Positions 30,362 through 39,445 of a stretch of DNA of 64,000 bases are shown in pieces. The notes under the pieces are model-generated. The model saw nothing but the letters and a program-made list of their open reading frames with translations. It searched no databases and was not told the origin of the DNA. Every line of letters begins with the position of its first letter. The first letter of the stretch is position 1. A program made the position numbers and the translations under genes. Source of the DNA: an uncultured Gammaproteobacteria bacterium (GTDB taxonomy: Bacteria; Pseudomonadota; Gammaproteobacteria; GCA-001735895); NCBI GenBank assembly GCA_963835795.1, contig CAWIHJ010000074.1, positions 14,392-78,391 on the forward strand. Reading direction: 5' to 3'.

Positions 30362-31631
30362 CCGGGTATTCGGTGCTCGCCGGGTTCAGCTTATTGATCG
30401 CCGCGGCAACCTGCTTGCCACTGACCACGCCGTCTTCGTGAAATCCATTGCCGAGATAGGCGCCCGCAAACCAGCTTCGATTGTATCCGTTGTAGCCCTG
30501 GATGTGTTTTGCCGCGGCAATCGCATCGAGCGAGAATACCGGGTGAGCGTAATTGAAGCGGTCGATGATTTTATCCTCGGCGATCGCTTCGCTGGCGTTC
30601 AGCGTAACGCAAAAAGTGGTATCGGACTCGATCCCCTGCAAGATGTTCATATTGTAATTCAGCACCGCTCGCTGCTGGTCGTGTTCGCGCAACCAGTAAT
30701 TCCAGCTCGACCAGGCGCGGTGGCTGCGCGGTAACAGGCTGGCGTCGGTATGCAGCACCACCTCGTTCGACTGGTAGGGAATTGCACCCAGCGCATCGCG
30801 TTCTGCCTGCGTCGAGTCGCCGATCAGCGCCAGCGCCTGATCGCTGTGACAGGCGAATACAACCTGATCAAACTGTGCCCGCTCGCCATTGTGCATTACG
30901 ATTTCGACTCCCGCCTGCAGGCGCAGTACCGAAGCGATCTGCACGTTGCAGTGAATCGCATCGCGAAACTTGCGTGTCAGCGGTTCAAGATACGCCCGCG
31001 AACCACCCTCGATGACTCGCCACTGCGGACGATTGTTGACGCTTAACAGCCCATGATTCCTGAAAAAACGGATTAAGAACAGCAGCGGAAAGTCGTTCAT
31101 TGCATCGATCGACGCCGACCAGATCGCCGATCCCATCGGCAGTAAATAGTGGCGGATAAAGTTTTCACCATAGCCGCTCCCGGCCAGGTATTCACCCAGC
31201 GTAGTTTCTGCAGACAGATGACCCCTGTCAAGATCGCGAACCGCCTCGCGGTTGAAGCGCAATATATCCTGCAGCATGCGGTGGAACGAGGGCCGTAGCA
31301 GGTTACGGCGTTGCGCGAAAAGCGTATTCATATTATTGCCGCCGTACTCCAGTCCAGTGTTATCACAACGCACGCTGAAACTCATCTCGGTCGGTTTGCT
31401 GGCAACGCCAAGCCGCTCCAGCAGTTCGATGAAATTGGGGTAGGTCCAGTCGTTATAAACAATGAACCCGGTGTCGATCGCATAGTTTCGTCCCTGCCAG
31501 TCGACGTCGACCGTCGCCGTGTGGCCGCCAACTCGCGCAGCGGATTCGTAAATCGTCAGCTGGTGGTCGTCGCTCAGATAGTAGGCGGCACTGAGGCCCG
31601 AAATTCCGGCGCCGATAATCGCAATTTTCAT
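30339..31631 (-). CDS. FAD-dependent oxidoreductase, amine-oxidase fold (UfaD-like desaturase homolog)
   Basis: MKIAIIGAGISGLSAAY dinucleotide-binding motif; 430 aa. Confidence 0.8.
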   Translation of the reverse strand: MKIAIIGAGISGLSAAYYLSDDHQLTIYESAARVGGHTATVDVDWQGRNYAIDTGFIVYNDWTYPNFIELLERLGVASKPTEMSFSVRCDNTGLEYGGNNMNTLFAQRRNLLRPSFHRMLQDILRFNREAVRDLDRGHLSAETTLGEYLAGSGYGENFIRHYLLPMGSAIWSASIDAMNDFPLLFLIRFFRNHGLLSVNNRPQWRVIEGGSRAYLEPLTRKFRDAIHCNVQIASVLRLQAGVEIVMHNGERAQFDQVVFACHSDQALALIGDSTQAERDALGAIPYQSNEVVLHTDASLLPRSHRAWSSWNYWLREHDQQRAVLNYNMNILQGIESDTTFCVTLNASEAIAEDKIIDRFNYAHPVFSLDAIAAAKHIQGYNGYNRSWFAGAYLGNGFHEDGVVSGKQVAAAINKLNPASTEYPGAIPAHA

Positions 31632-31634
31632 GCT

Positions 31635-32417
31635 TCAGCTTTCCGTTTTTTGCGTGCTGGTTGCCTTGTTATCCGCGGAAACGATTTTCTGCCACAGCGC
31701 AGGTGCGATTTTGGACAGCGCGAGCAGTAGCGACAGGCGCTTCGGGAAGCTGTAGGTTCGCGGGCGTGTTGCAAGCCGGGCGACAATGCGTCGCGCAGCT
31801 TCCTCGACATCCATCAGAAACGGCATGTCGAAATCATTCTTGCGCGTCAGCGGCGTATCGACGAAACCCGGGTTGACCACGCTGACATCGATTTGCTCGG
31901 GCGCGAGGTCAATCCGCAGGCTGTCACTGAAGTACTGTAACGCGGCCTTCGATGCACCGTAGGCCTCGGCGCGCGGAAACGGCGCCGCCGTTACCTGCGA
32001 TGCCACCACTACCAGTTGCGCCCGCTCATTGCTGCTGGCCCGCAAATAGGGCAGCACAAACTCGACGCAGTTGACACTGCCGAAGAAATTGACTTCCATG
32101 ACGCGTCTGACGGCCGCCCAGTCGGGGTCGGGGAAATCCAGGTATTCGCAGCTTCCAGCATTCAATATCGCCACATCGATGTGCGCCGATATCGCCGTCA
32201 TGCGTTCTCCGAGAGCTGCCATCGCTGCGGCATCGGTAATGTCGCAGGCCAGCGGCCGGATGTTCTCGCTGTGGGCCGCGAGATCGTCCAGCGCCTGCTG
32301 GTTGCGCGCGGTCGCGATCACCAGCGCGCCGCTGTTCGCCAGCTGCAGGGCCATGCTGTGACCCAGCCCACTACTGGCGCCAGTCACCCAGATTACTCGC
32401 TTTGCCGCGTTCGACAT
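31635..32417 (-). CDS. short-chain dehydrogenase/reductase (SDR)
   Basis: TGASSGLG Rossmann motif, YGASK catalytic motif. Confidence 0.8.
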   Translation of the reverse strand: MSNAAKRVIWVTGASSGLGHSMALQLANSGALVIATARNQQALDDLAAHSENIRPLACDITDAAAMAALGERMTAISAHIDVAILNAGSCEYLDFPDPDWAAVRRVMEVNFFGSVNCVEFVLPYLRASSNERAQLVVVASQVTAAPFPRAEAYGASKAALQYFSDSLRIDLAPEQIDVSVVNPGFVDTPLTRKNDFDMPFLMDVEEAARRIVARLATRPRTYSFPKRLSLLLALSKIAPALWQKIVSADNKATSTQKTES

Positions 32418-32419
32418 GA

Positions 32420-32848
32420 CTAACTCGCAAGCCGCATTTTGAGCCAGCGCGTGACGTTACCAAGCAGCGGCAATTGGTCATAAAGCATGGCGCCCATATC
32501 GTAGAAATCCTCGTGGTACTCGATCTTGTCGCCCAGTTTGAGGTGGCTCACGCCGCGCACACTGATGAGCCGGTTACCCAGGCGGGGGTGCTTGAAATGC
32601 ATCATCCATTTCACATAAGCCGCATCTTCGCCAACCTGTTCGTCGAGATACTCGAAACGGCAGTCGCTGAGGTCTGCGCACATCGAGGTGAAATAGTCCT
32701 CGAGTTCGACTAGCCCGCGGATTTCATGCACGGGATCCTTGAACACGACCTGGTCGGCGTAAAGCTCTCCCAGCCGGCTGAGATCGGCTTCGTGCAGTAG
32801 TTTGAAGTAGTTTTTGAAGTTCTCTATTAATAAGGTACTGTTGTTCAT
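32420..32848 (-). CDS. NTF2-like/SnoaL-like protein
   Basis: 142 aa. It is the first gene of the minus-strand operon downstream of the sigmaE-type promoter. Confidence 0.5.
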   Translation of the reverse strand: MNNSTLLIENFKNYFKLLHEADLSRLGELYADQVVFKDPVHEIRGLVELEDYFTSMCADLSDCRFEYLDEQVGEDAAYVKWMMHFKHPRLGNRLISVRGVSHLKLGDKIEYHEDFYDMGAMLYDQLPLLGNVTRWLKMRLAS

Positions 32849-32886
32849 TCACTGTTTCCGCGAGTTTCGTTTGTGCAATTGCTGGA

Positions 32887-32915
32887 TTATACGCGGCAAG
32901 CGGCTTTTTGGATCA
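32887..32915 (-). promoter_or_regulatory. ECF sigmaE(ChrR)-type promoter TGATCC-N16-CGTATAA for the minus-strand 8-gene operon
   Basis: Plus strand reads TTATACG-N16-GGATCA, which is the reverse complement of TGATCC-N16-CGTATAA. It sits about 35-65 bp upstream of the SnoaL-like start. Confidence 0.45.
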
Positions 32916-32920
32916 GGCAG

Positions 32921-32948
32921 TGATCCACGTCTGCAATCGGCCCGTATA
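32921..32948 (+). promoter_or_regulatory. ECF sigmaE(ChrR)-type autoregulatory promoter TGATCC-N16-CGTATA for rpoE-chrR
   Basis: TGATCC (32921-26), 16-nt spacer, CGTATA (32943-48), about 30 nt before the rpoE ATG. Matches the RpoE/ChrR-group consensus. Confidence 0.5.
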
Positions 32949-32979
32949 ATCTCCAACACTCGGACTATGAACCTATATA

Positions 32980-33567
32980 ATGGCCCTTATGACCAACAAA
33001 CGATCAGGCAATGATCAGCTGACCCTACTCAGCGAATGCCTCGCGCGCGTTGCGGAGCAACGCGACAAGGCGGCCTTCGCGCAACTGTTCGATCACTATG
33101 CACCATTGATTCGAGCTTTCAGTCTGGCCCGAGACCCCGGTGCCGACCTCGTCGCCGATGACCTGGTGCAGGAAGTCATGACGCGGGTCTGGCTCAAGGC
33201 CGACAAATATAACGTACGCCTGGCCAACCTGAACACCTGGATTTTCACCCTGGCGCGCAACTGTCGGATCGACTACCTGCGCCGCAACAGTCGCTTCGTT
33301 AGTGCGATTGATCCGACGGACATCTTTAATGACATCGAGGACGAAGGTCCCGGGCCCTTCCAGCAGGTACAACAAAATCGGGCTGGAGAAAGCGTCAGGG
33401 CAGGATTAAAACAACTACCGCGTGAACAGGCGGAAATATTAACCAAGGTTTATTTGGAGGGAAAAAGTCATCAACAAGCCAGCGACGAGCTGCAGCTGCC
33501 ACTCGGTACCGTGAAATCGCGCGTACGCCTGGCGCTGAAAAAGCTCGAAGCAGTGATTGCGAGGTAA
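32980..33567 (+). CDS. rpoE: ECF RNA polymerase sigma factor, RpoE(ChrR-partnered) group
   Basis: Sigma-70 region 2 (DLVQEVMTRVW) and region 4 (ILTKVYLEGKSHQQASDELQLPLGTVKSR). Confidence 0.85.
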   Translation: MALMTNKRSGNDQLTLLSECLARVAEQRDKAAFAQLFDHYAPLIRAFSLARDPGADLVADDLVQEVMTRVWLKADKYNVRLANLNTWIFTLARNCRIDYLRRNSRFVSAIDPTDIFNDIEDEGPGPFQQVQQNRAGESVRAGLKQLPREQAEILTKVYLEGKSHQQASDELQLPLGTVKSRVRLALKKLEAVIAR

Positions 33568-33569
33568 TC

Positions 33570-34232
33570 ATGGAAACAGCAAACAAACACCCACAAGATG
33601 AATTACTGGCAGCTTACTCGGCCGGTAGCCTGCCGCTCAGTCAGGCGCTGTGTATTTCGACTCATATCGAACACTGCGACGACTGTGCACGCAATCTGCA
33701 GCGGCTGAACCGCGTCGGCAGTGAATTGATGCAGCAATTGCATCCGGCGCCCGCTTCCGCTGCGCTCAAAGACAAATTGTTCGCACAACTTGATTCGCTC
33801 AGTGAAGATGACATCGAAACAAGCAGCGTCGATCCGGCCTCTCCAGTGCCACGCTGCCTGCAGCAATTCGTGCGCGATGGTTATGACGATTTGCCGTGGC
33901 GGCGCGTATCGCTCGCCATTCACAGCGTTGAACTGTGCCGCGACAGCAGTGGCGCCAGGGTCGAGTTGCTGAAGATCCGCCCCGGCGGTTCGGCGAATAC
34001 GCACACCCACCTCGGTGATGAATACACCGTTGTGCTCGAAGGCAGCTTTTCCGATGACGCTGGCGTCTACAGCAAAGGCGATTTCATGCTGCGTGATCAA
34101 AACGACAAACACCGACCGGTGGCGACCCAGGATCGTGAATGCATCTGCCTCGCGGTGACCGAAGGACCGATTCAGTTTACCGGTGTATTCAACCGTTTGC
34201 TGAATCCGTTGCTACGGCGCGATTTTGGGTGA
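33570..34232 (+). CDS. chrR: ChrR-family anti-sigma factor (zinc-binding, cupin C-terminal domain)
   Basis: HIEHCDDCARN zinc-binding motif (H-x3-C-x2-C). Directly follows rpoE with a 2-nt gap. Confidence 0.8.
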   Translation: METANKHPQDELLAAYSAGSLPLSQALCISTHIEHCDDCARNLQRLNRVGSELMQQLHPAPASAALKDKLFAQLDSLSEDDIETSSVDPASPVPRCLQQFVRDGYDDLPWRRVSLAIHSVELCRDSSGARVELLKIRPGGSANTHTHLGDEYTVVLEGSFSDDAGVYSKGDFMLRDQNDKHRPVATQDRECICLAVTEGPIQFTGVFNRLLNPLLRRDFG

Positions 34233-34241
34233 CGCGGTATT

Positions 34242-35211
34242 TTGATGAATCCGAATGTCGCGTCCGACACGGGCAAAATTCTGGTCGGCATCAGCAGCTG
34301 CCTGGTCGGCGAGAAAGTCCGCTTCGACGGTGGCCACAAGCAAAACCGCTACATCCTCGACACCCTGGGAAAATTCTTTCGCTTTCGGCCATTCTGTCCG
34401 GAGATGGCCATCGGCCTCGGCGTTCCGCGCGAAACCATTCGCCTGGTGTCGATCGATGGTCGTACCGAGGCCGTCGGCAACAAGAACAGCCATTTGAACT
34501 TTACCCAGGCATTAATCCAGAGCGCCGAGGACCAGGCTGACTGGCATGCGCAGATTTTCGGCTACATCGTCAAGAAAGATTCGCCGAGCTGTGGCATGGA
34601 GCGGGTCCGGGTATACCGCGGCGAACTGCCCAGCCGCGATGGCGTGGGCCTGTATACCGAAACCCTGATGCGCAACTTCCCGGCCCTGCCGGTAGAAGAA
34701 GAGGGCCGTCTCGGTGACCCCGTACTGCGCGAGAGTTTCGTCAAGCGCGTGATCATCTACAAGCGCTGGCACGACTTGCTCGAGGCCGGTCTCGACTGGC
34801 CCGGGCTAACCGACTTTCACGCTCGCCACAAGCTGATTCTCTACTCGCACAATCAGGAGCTCGGACGCAAGCTCGGGCGCGAACTCGCGGTCGCCCAGCA
34901 GCCAGCCGATTGAGACCTATGGCGCGCAATACCTGGCGCAATTGATGGCCATTCTGAAAATCAGCGCGAAACGCTCGAACCACGTCAACGTACTGGAACA
35001 CATTCGCGGTTACCTGAAGCAGGATCTCGACAAGGAAGACAAGCAGGAATTGACCGACAGCATCGAAAATTACCGGCTCGGCCTGTTACCACTGATCGTA
35101 CCGATCACCCTGCTGCGCCATCATTTTCGGCGTTACCCCGACCCCTACATCGAGCAGTCCTATTACCTGCAGCCGCATCCCGATGAACTGATGCTGCTGA
35201 ATTCGTTGTAG
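34242..35211 (+). pseudogene. ybgA: DUF523 + DUF1722 (YbgA-like) protein, frameshifted
   Basis: ORF 34242..34913 holds DUF523 and the start of DUF1722. ORF 34942..35211 holds the DUF1722 C-terminus (NVLEHIRGYLKQDL...PLIVPITLLRHH). Frame change near 34915. ybgA-phr linkage is the same as in E. coli. Confidence 0.6.
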
Positions 35212-35222
35212 AGGGCCAGTCA

Positions 35223-36651
35223 ATGAATCAACCCCTCGCCATCGCCTGGTTTCGCCAGGATCTGCGCATTCACGATAATCCGGCCTTGCGCGCCGCCGCC
35301 GAACACGATTCGGTGTTACCGATTTATATTCTGGACGACGACAACGCCGGGCACTGGGCCATGGGCGGCGCCAGCCGCGCCTGGTTGCATCATTCACTGC
35401 AGGCATTGAATCGCAGCCTGGATGGCCGCTTGCAGCTGTTCCAGGGTGATGCGCGCGCGATTATCGAGCGCCTGGTCGAAGACCACGACGTCGATGCGGT
35501 TTACTGGAATCGTTGTTACGAACCCTGGCGGGTACAGCGCGACCAGCTGATCAAGCAGGACCTGATGGAAAGTGGCGTCGACGCGCGCAGTTACAATGCG
35601 TCGCTGCTGTGGGAACCCTGGGAGGTGGCCAAGAAGGACGGTACGCCCTACCGTGTGTTTACCCCTTTTTATCAAAATGGCTGCCGCCAGGCGCAGCCCC
35701 CGCGCGCGGCGCTGCCGGCCCCGCAAAACCTGCGCTGTTTGCGACGCCGACGTCGACTTCGCGCAATCGCTACAAGCGCTGAAATTGCTACCCGAGGACC
35801 TGGATTGGCATCAGGGCCTGGTCTCAGAGTGGTCAATCGGTGAAGACGCCGCCAGCGCACAACTGCAGCAATTCTGCGAGCAAGACCTCGATGACTACAA
35901 GCGCGCGCGTGACTTCCCCGCCGTCGACGCTACTTCGCGACTGTCACCCCACCTGCACTTCGGCGAAATTTCGCCGCATCAACTGTGGCATCGCCTCGAG
36001 CACGATGGATCGCAGGCAGCGGGTGAAAATGCGGCCCACTTTCTGCGCGAAATTGCCTGGCGCGAGTTTTCCTATCACCTGCTGTATCAATTTCCGGGCC
36101 TGCCCCGCGACAATTTCAACGCCAAATTCGATCGCTTCGAATGGCGCGACGATGCTGCGGCGCTCGAGCGCTGGCAGCGCGGTCAAACCGGTTTTCCGAT
36201 CGTCGATGCCGGCATGCGCGAACTCTGGCAAACCGGTTACATGCACAACCGCGTGCGCATGATCGTTGCTTCTTTCCTGATCAAAAACCTGCTGATCCAC
36301 TGGCGCGCGGGCGCTGACTGGTTCTGGGATTGCCTGTTCGACGCCGACCTCGCCAACAACAGCGCGAGCTGGCAATGGTGTGCCGGGTCCGGGGCTGACG
36401 CCTCACCCTATTTCCGCATCTTCAACCCGGTATTGCAGAGCCAGAAATTCGATCCTGAAGGCGAGTACCTGCTGCGTTACTGTCCGGAGCTTGGCGGCTT
36501 GCCCGCGCGCCTGCGTCACCAGCCCTGGCAGGCCAGCGAGGCCCAATTACAGGAAGCCGGTATTCGTCTCGGGGAAGACTACCCGCTACCGATGGTGGAT
36601 TTGAAAGTCACGCGAGAACGCGCGTTACAACGATTCAAAGAACTCGCCTGA
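35223..36651 (+). pseudogene. phr: deoxyribodipyrimidine photolyase (CPD photolyase), frameshifted
   Basis: N-domain ORF 35223..35843 (IAWFRQDLRIHDNPAL) and FAD domain ORF 35572..36651 (WREFSYHLLYQFP, TGFPIVDAGMRELWQTGYMHNRVRMIVASFL) are in different frames. Lesion near 35745. Confidence 0.8.
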
Positions 36652-36674
36652 GCGAGCATTGGTCTGATCACCGG

Positions 36675-39206
36675 TCAGGCGGCTTCGATTTCGCGAATCT
36701 GCTGCTGGCAACGCTGCATCGCCAGCGCCATTTGTTTACCGCTTTGAAAGCGCTGGTCCGCCTCTTTCTGTAACGCCTTGTTGATCAGGCTGCTGACGCA
36801 TTTAGGCAGTTCAGCGCGAATCTCACGAATCTCGGGATGCTTTTCGTTGGCGATGTTGTACATCAGGTTGGCGATCGACTCGCCATTGAACGGCAACACA
36901 CCACAGAGCATCTGGTAAAAGGTGACGCCCAGTGAAAACAGGTCGGCGCGGCCGTCGACTTTTTTGCCTGCCAGTTGTTCGGGGGACATGTAGTACGGGC
37001 TGCCAAGGACGGTGCCGGTCTTGGTCTTGCTGGCGTCGGTCAGGCAGGCGACGCCGAAGTCGGTAATCTTGGCGATGTTTTTATCACGTCGTAAATGATG
37101 TTGGCCGGTTTGATATCGCGATGCACCACGTGTTGCTCGTGCGCATAGTCGAGTGCCATCGCGACACTGGAAATGACGCTGAACACCTGGCTTACCGGTA
37201 GCAAGGTCTTGGTGGTGCAGTAGGCGGTCAAATCCTTGCCCTTGAGATAATCCATCGCGATATAGGCGAGATCCTGTTCGTCACCGACGTCGTAAACGGT
37301 GACAATATTGGGGTGATTCAGCCGGCCTGCCGCTTCGGCTTCGCGGAAAAAGCGGGTGCGCACTTCGTCGCGCAAGTCGTCTTCGATTTCGTCAGCCAGC
37401 AACATGGTCTTGATCGCTACGGTGCGTCCGATCTTGTCGTCGTGACCGAGATACACCATGCCCATGGCGCCCCGGCCGATTTCACTGTCGATCTGGTAGC
37501 GTCCGAGCTTCGGCTTCTGCACGCCGTCCTGATCGCTGATCAAATTTTGCCCCGGGCCGCTGCTGTCGCGCCCGGCGAGCACCACGGTATTGGCGGCTTG
37601 CGTGTTTTGCGCGACGCGTTCGCTGACGTCGTTGTATTTGGCATCGTGCTGGAGAATGAACTTGAACACCGCACCCGCCTTGTTGAACTGGCGCTTGCGC
37701 TCGTAGTCCAGCCCGAGGTTGTACAGCTGGCCGAGCAAGGATTCATCGACCCGGCAATGGCGATATTTTTCGAAAGCCTGGTCGAGATTGCCCTGCGCCT
37801 GCAGTGCCATACCCAGTTGCCGGTTGGCGACAGACAACTCGTCTCGCGTACCCAACAGATGCGCCTTCACCGCCTGCCTGGTGCCGACCACCAGGTGACC
37901 CACCAACAGCATGACCACCGCGGTCATCATCGGCAACCACAGCGACTGCGTACTCATCAACAGGAAGTGCGCATTGAAAAGCATCAGCGTCAGGAACAGG
38001 CTGAGGAAAAAGGCCGTGTTGGTACGAAAACGGCCCAGTACCAGCATCAGGTAGAGCCCGAGTGCCAGGATCAAGCCCGCGCTGCGCCCAGCCCGCCCAT
38101 TCGGGAAGGCGGTATTGCTCGTTGTTGAGCAGGCTCGACACGGTGTGCGCCGAGGCGACTGTGCTGGAAATCGATTCGCCGGAAGGTGTCGGCAACAGCG
38201 ACGCCAGGCGTGGCGAGGTCAATCCGACGATGACGATTTTTTCCTTGAAGCGGTGCATGTCGACGCTGCCGTCGAGGACATCGATCAGCGAAAATACGCT
38301 AAACGCGGGTTTGCCATTGTCACCCGGGTAGTATCGCGGGTAGATCTTCATTTCGACATCTGCACCAAGATCCTTGCCACCCAGCGCCGGACTGATCTGA
38401 CTCAGGGACTCAACGTGTTCCATCGACATGCCCTTGCTGCGGGTAGTGACCATCAATGCGAATGACGGCAACACTTCGCTGCCGTACTTCACCACCAGTG
38501 GTTCGCCGTTAAAGACCGAATCTGTGACCATCACGCCAATCGCTCCGACGCGCCGGGTGAAGCTTTCCAGCGGTGGATAAATATCGCCAGCGCGGGTGAC
38601 CCCGGGTGTAGGCCAGCCAAATCCTCGACTGGCGTTGTTGACATTGACTTTATGCAAGGCGAAACGCTGCATGTATGCCGGTAGCGCAGGGGTCAAACCG
38701 GTCGCCGATTGATCGCTTTCGAGATAAGTCATGCCAAGCACGATGCGACCCGCCGATTTGAAACTAGCAGCAAGTTTGTCGTCACCGCGCAGCATCGATT
38801 CGGTCGCGCGGATGGCGCGGTTGACATTGCGGCTGAGTTTTTTCTCCTGTTTCAACACATTGCGCAGATGTGCCAATGACTGGATGCTTGACTGGTTCTG
38901 GGGATGATCGAGTGGCAGGTGGTAGCCGATGACTCGCGGACCTGCACGGCCCAGATGCAGCGTGGTTTCGGCCAGCACCTCGCGCGACCAGGGCCAGGCG
39001 CCGAGCGCCTCGATCGATTTGTCGTCGATCGCGACCACAACAATGTCTTCATGCGCTTCCTTGTTTGCGGAAAACTGCACGCCGAGGTTATAGGCCTGGT
39101 GATCAAGCGCCACAAACCATTCCGCTTCTGCGGCAAGCAGAAACAGCAGCGTGATCATCAGCCCGATGAACCAGTCGCGTTTGATCAGGGATTTCTTCAA
39201 TAACAT
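36675..39206 (-). pseudogene. CHASE2 sensor - TM - TPR - Ser/Thr protein kinase, two frameshifts
   Basis: ORF 39206..37743 is the CHASE2 domain. ORF 38074..37040 is TM helices + TPR + kinase N-lobe (GRGAMGMVYLG, VAIK, HRDIKPANI). ORF 36989..36675 is the kinase C-lobe (SPEQLAGKKVDGRADLFSLGV). Lesions near 38095 and 37043; the second is A5 where A6 would restore VIKNIAKITDFG. Confidence 0.7.
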
Positions 39207-39445
39207 ACAGGCAAGGCGTAACCACAGCAGGTACCAATGGCTGTTTTATAGTTCATTCAGGGCAGATTTTCCGCTTACATTTACAACCCATTTCTCGTTT
39301 TTTCATATCGACTACTCCATGCAAGCGGCAATGCTGCCCCGTCGGGGTCGGCCGGGAAGCGCGGCGAGGGGTCTGATCGGTGCTAGTATTGTTGAAAGTC
39401 TCCTCAAGTATCTGATTGACTGGTTATTCCAGAGGCCATACTGAT

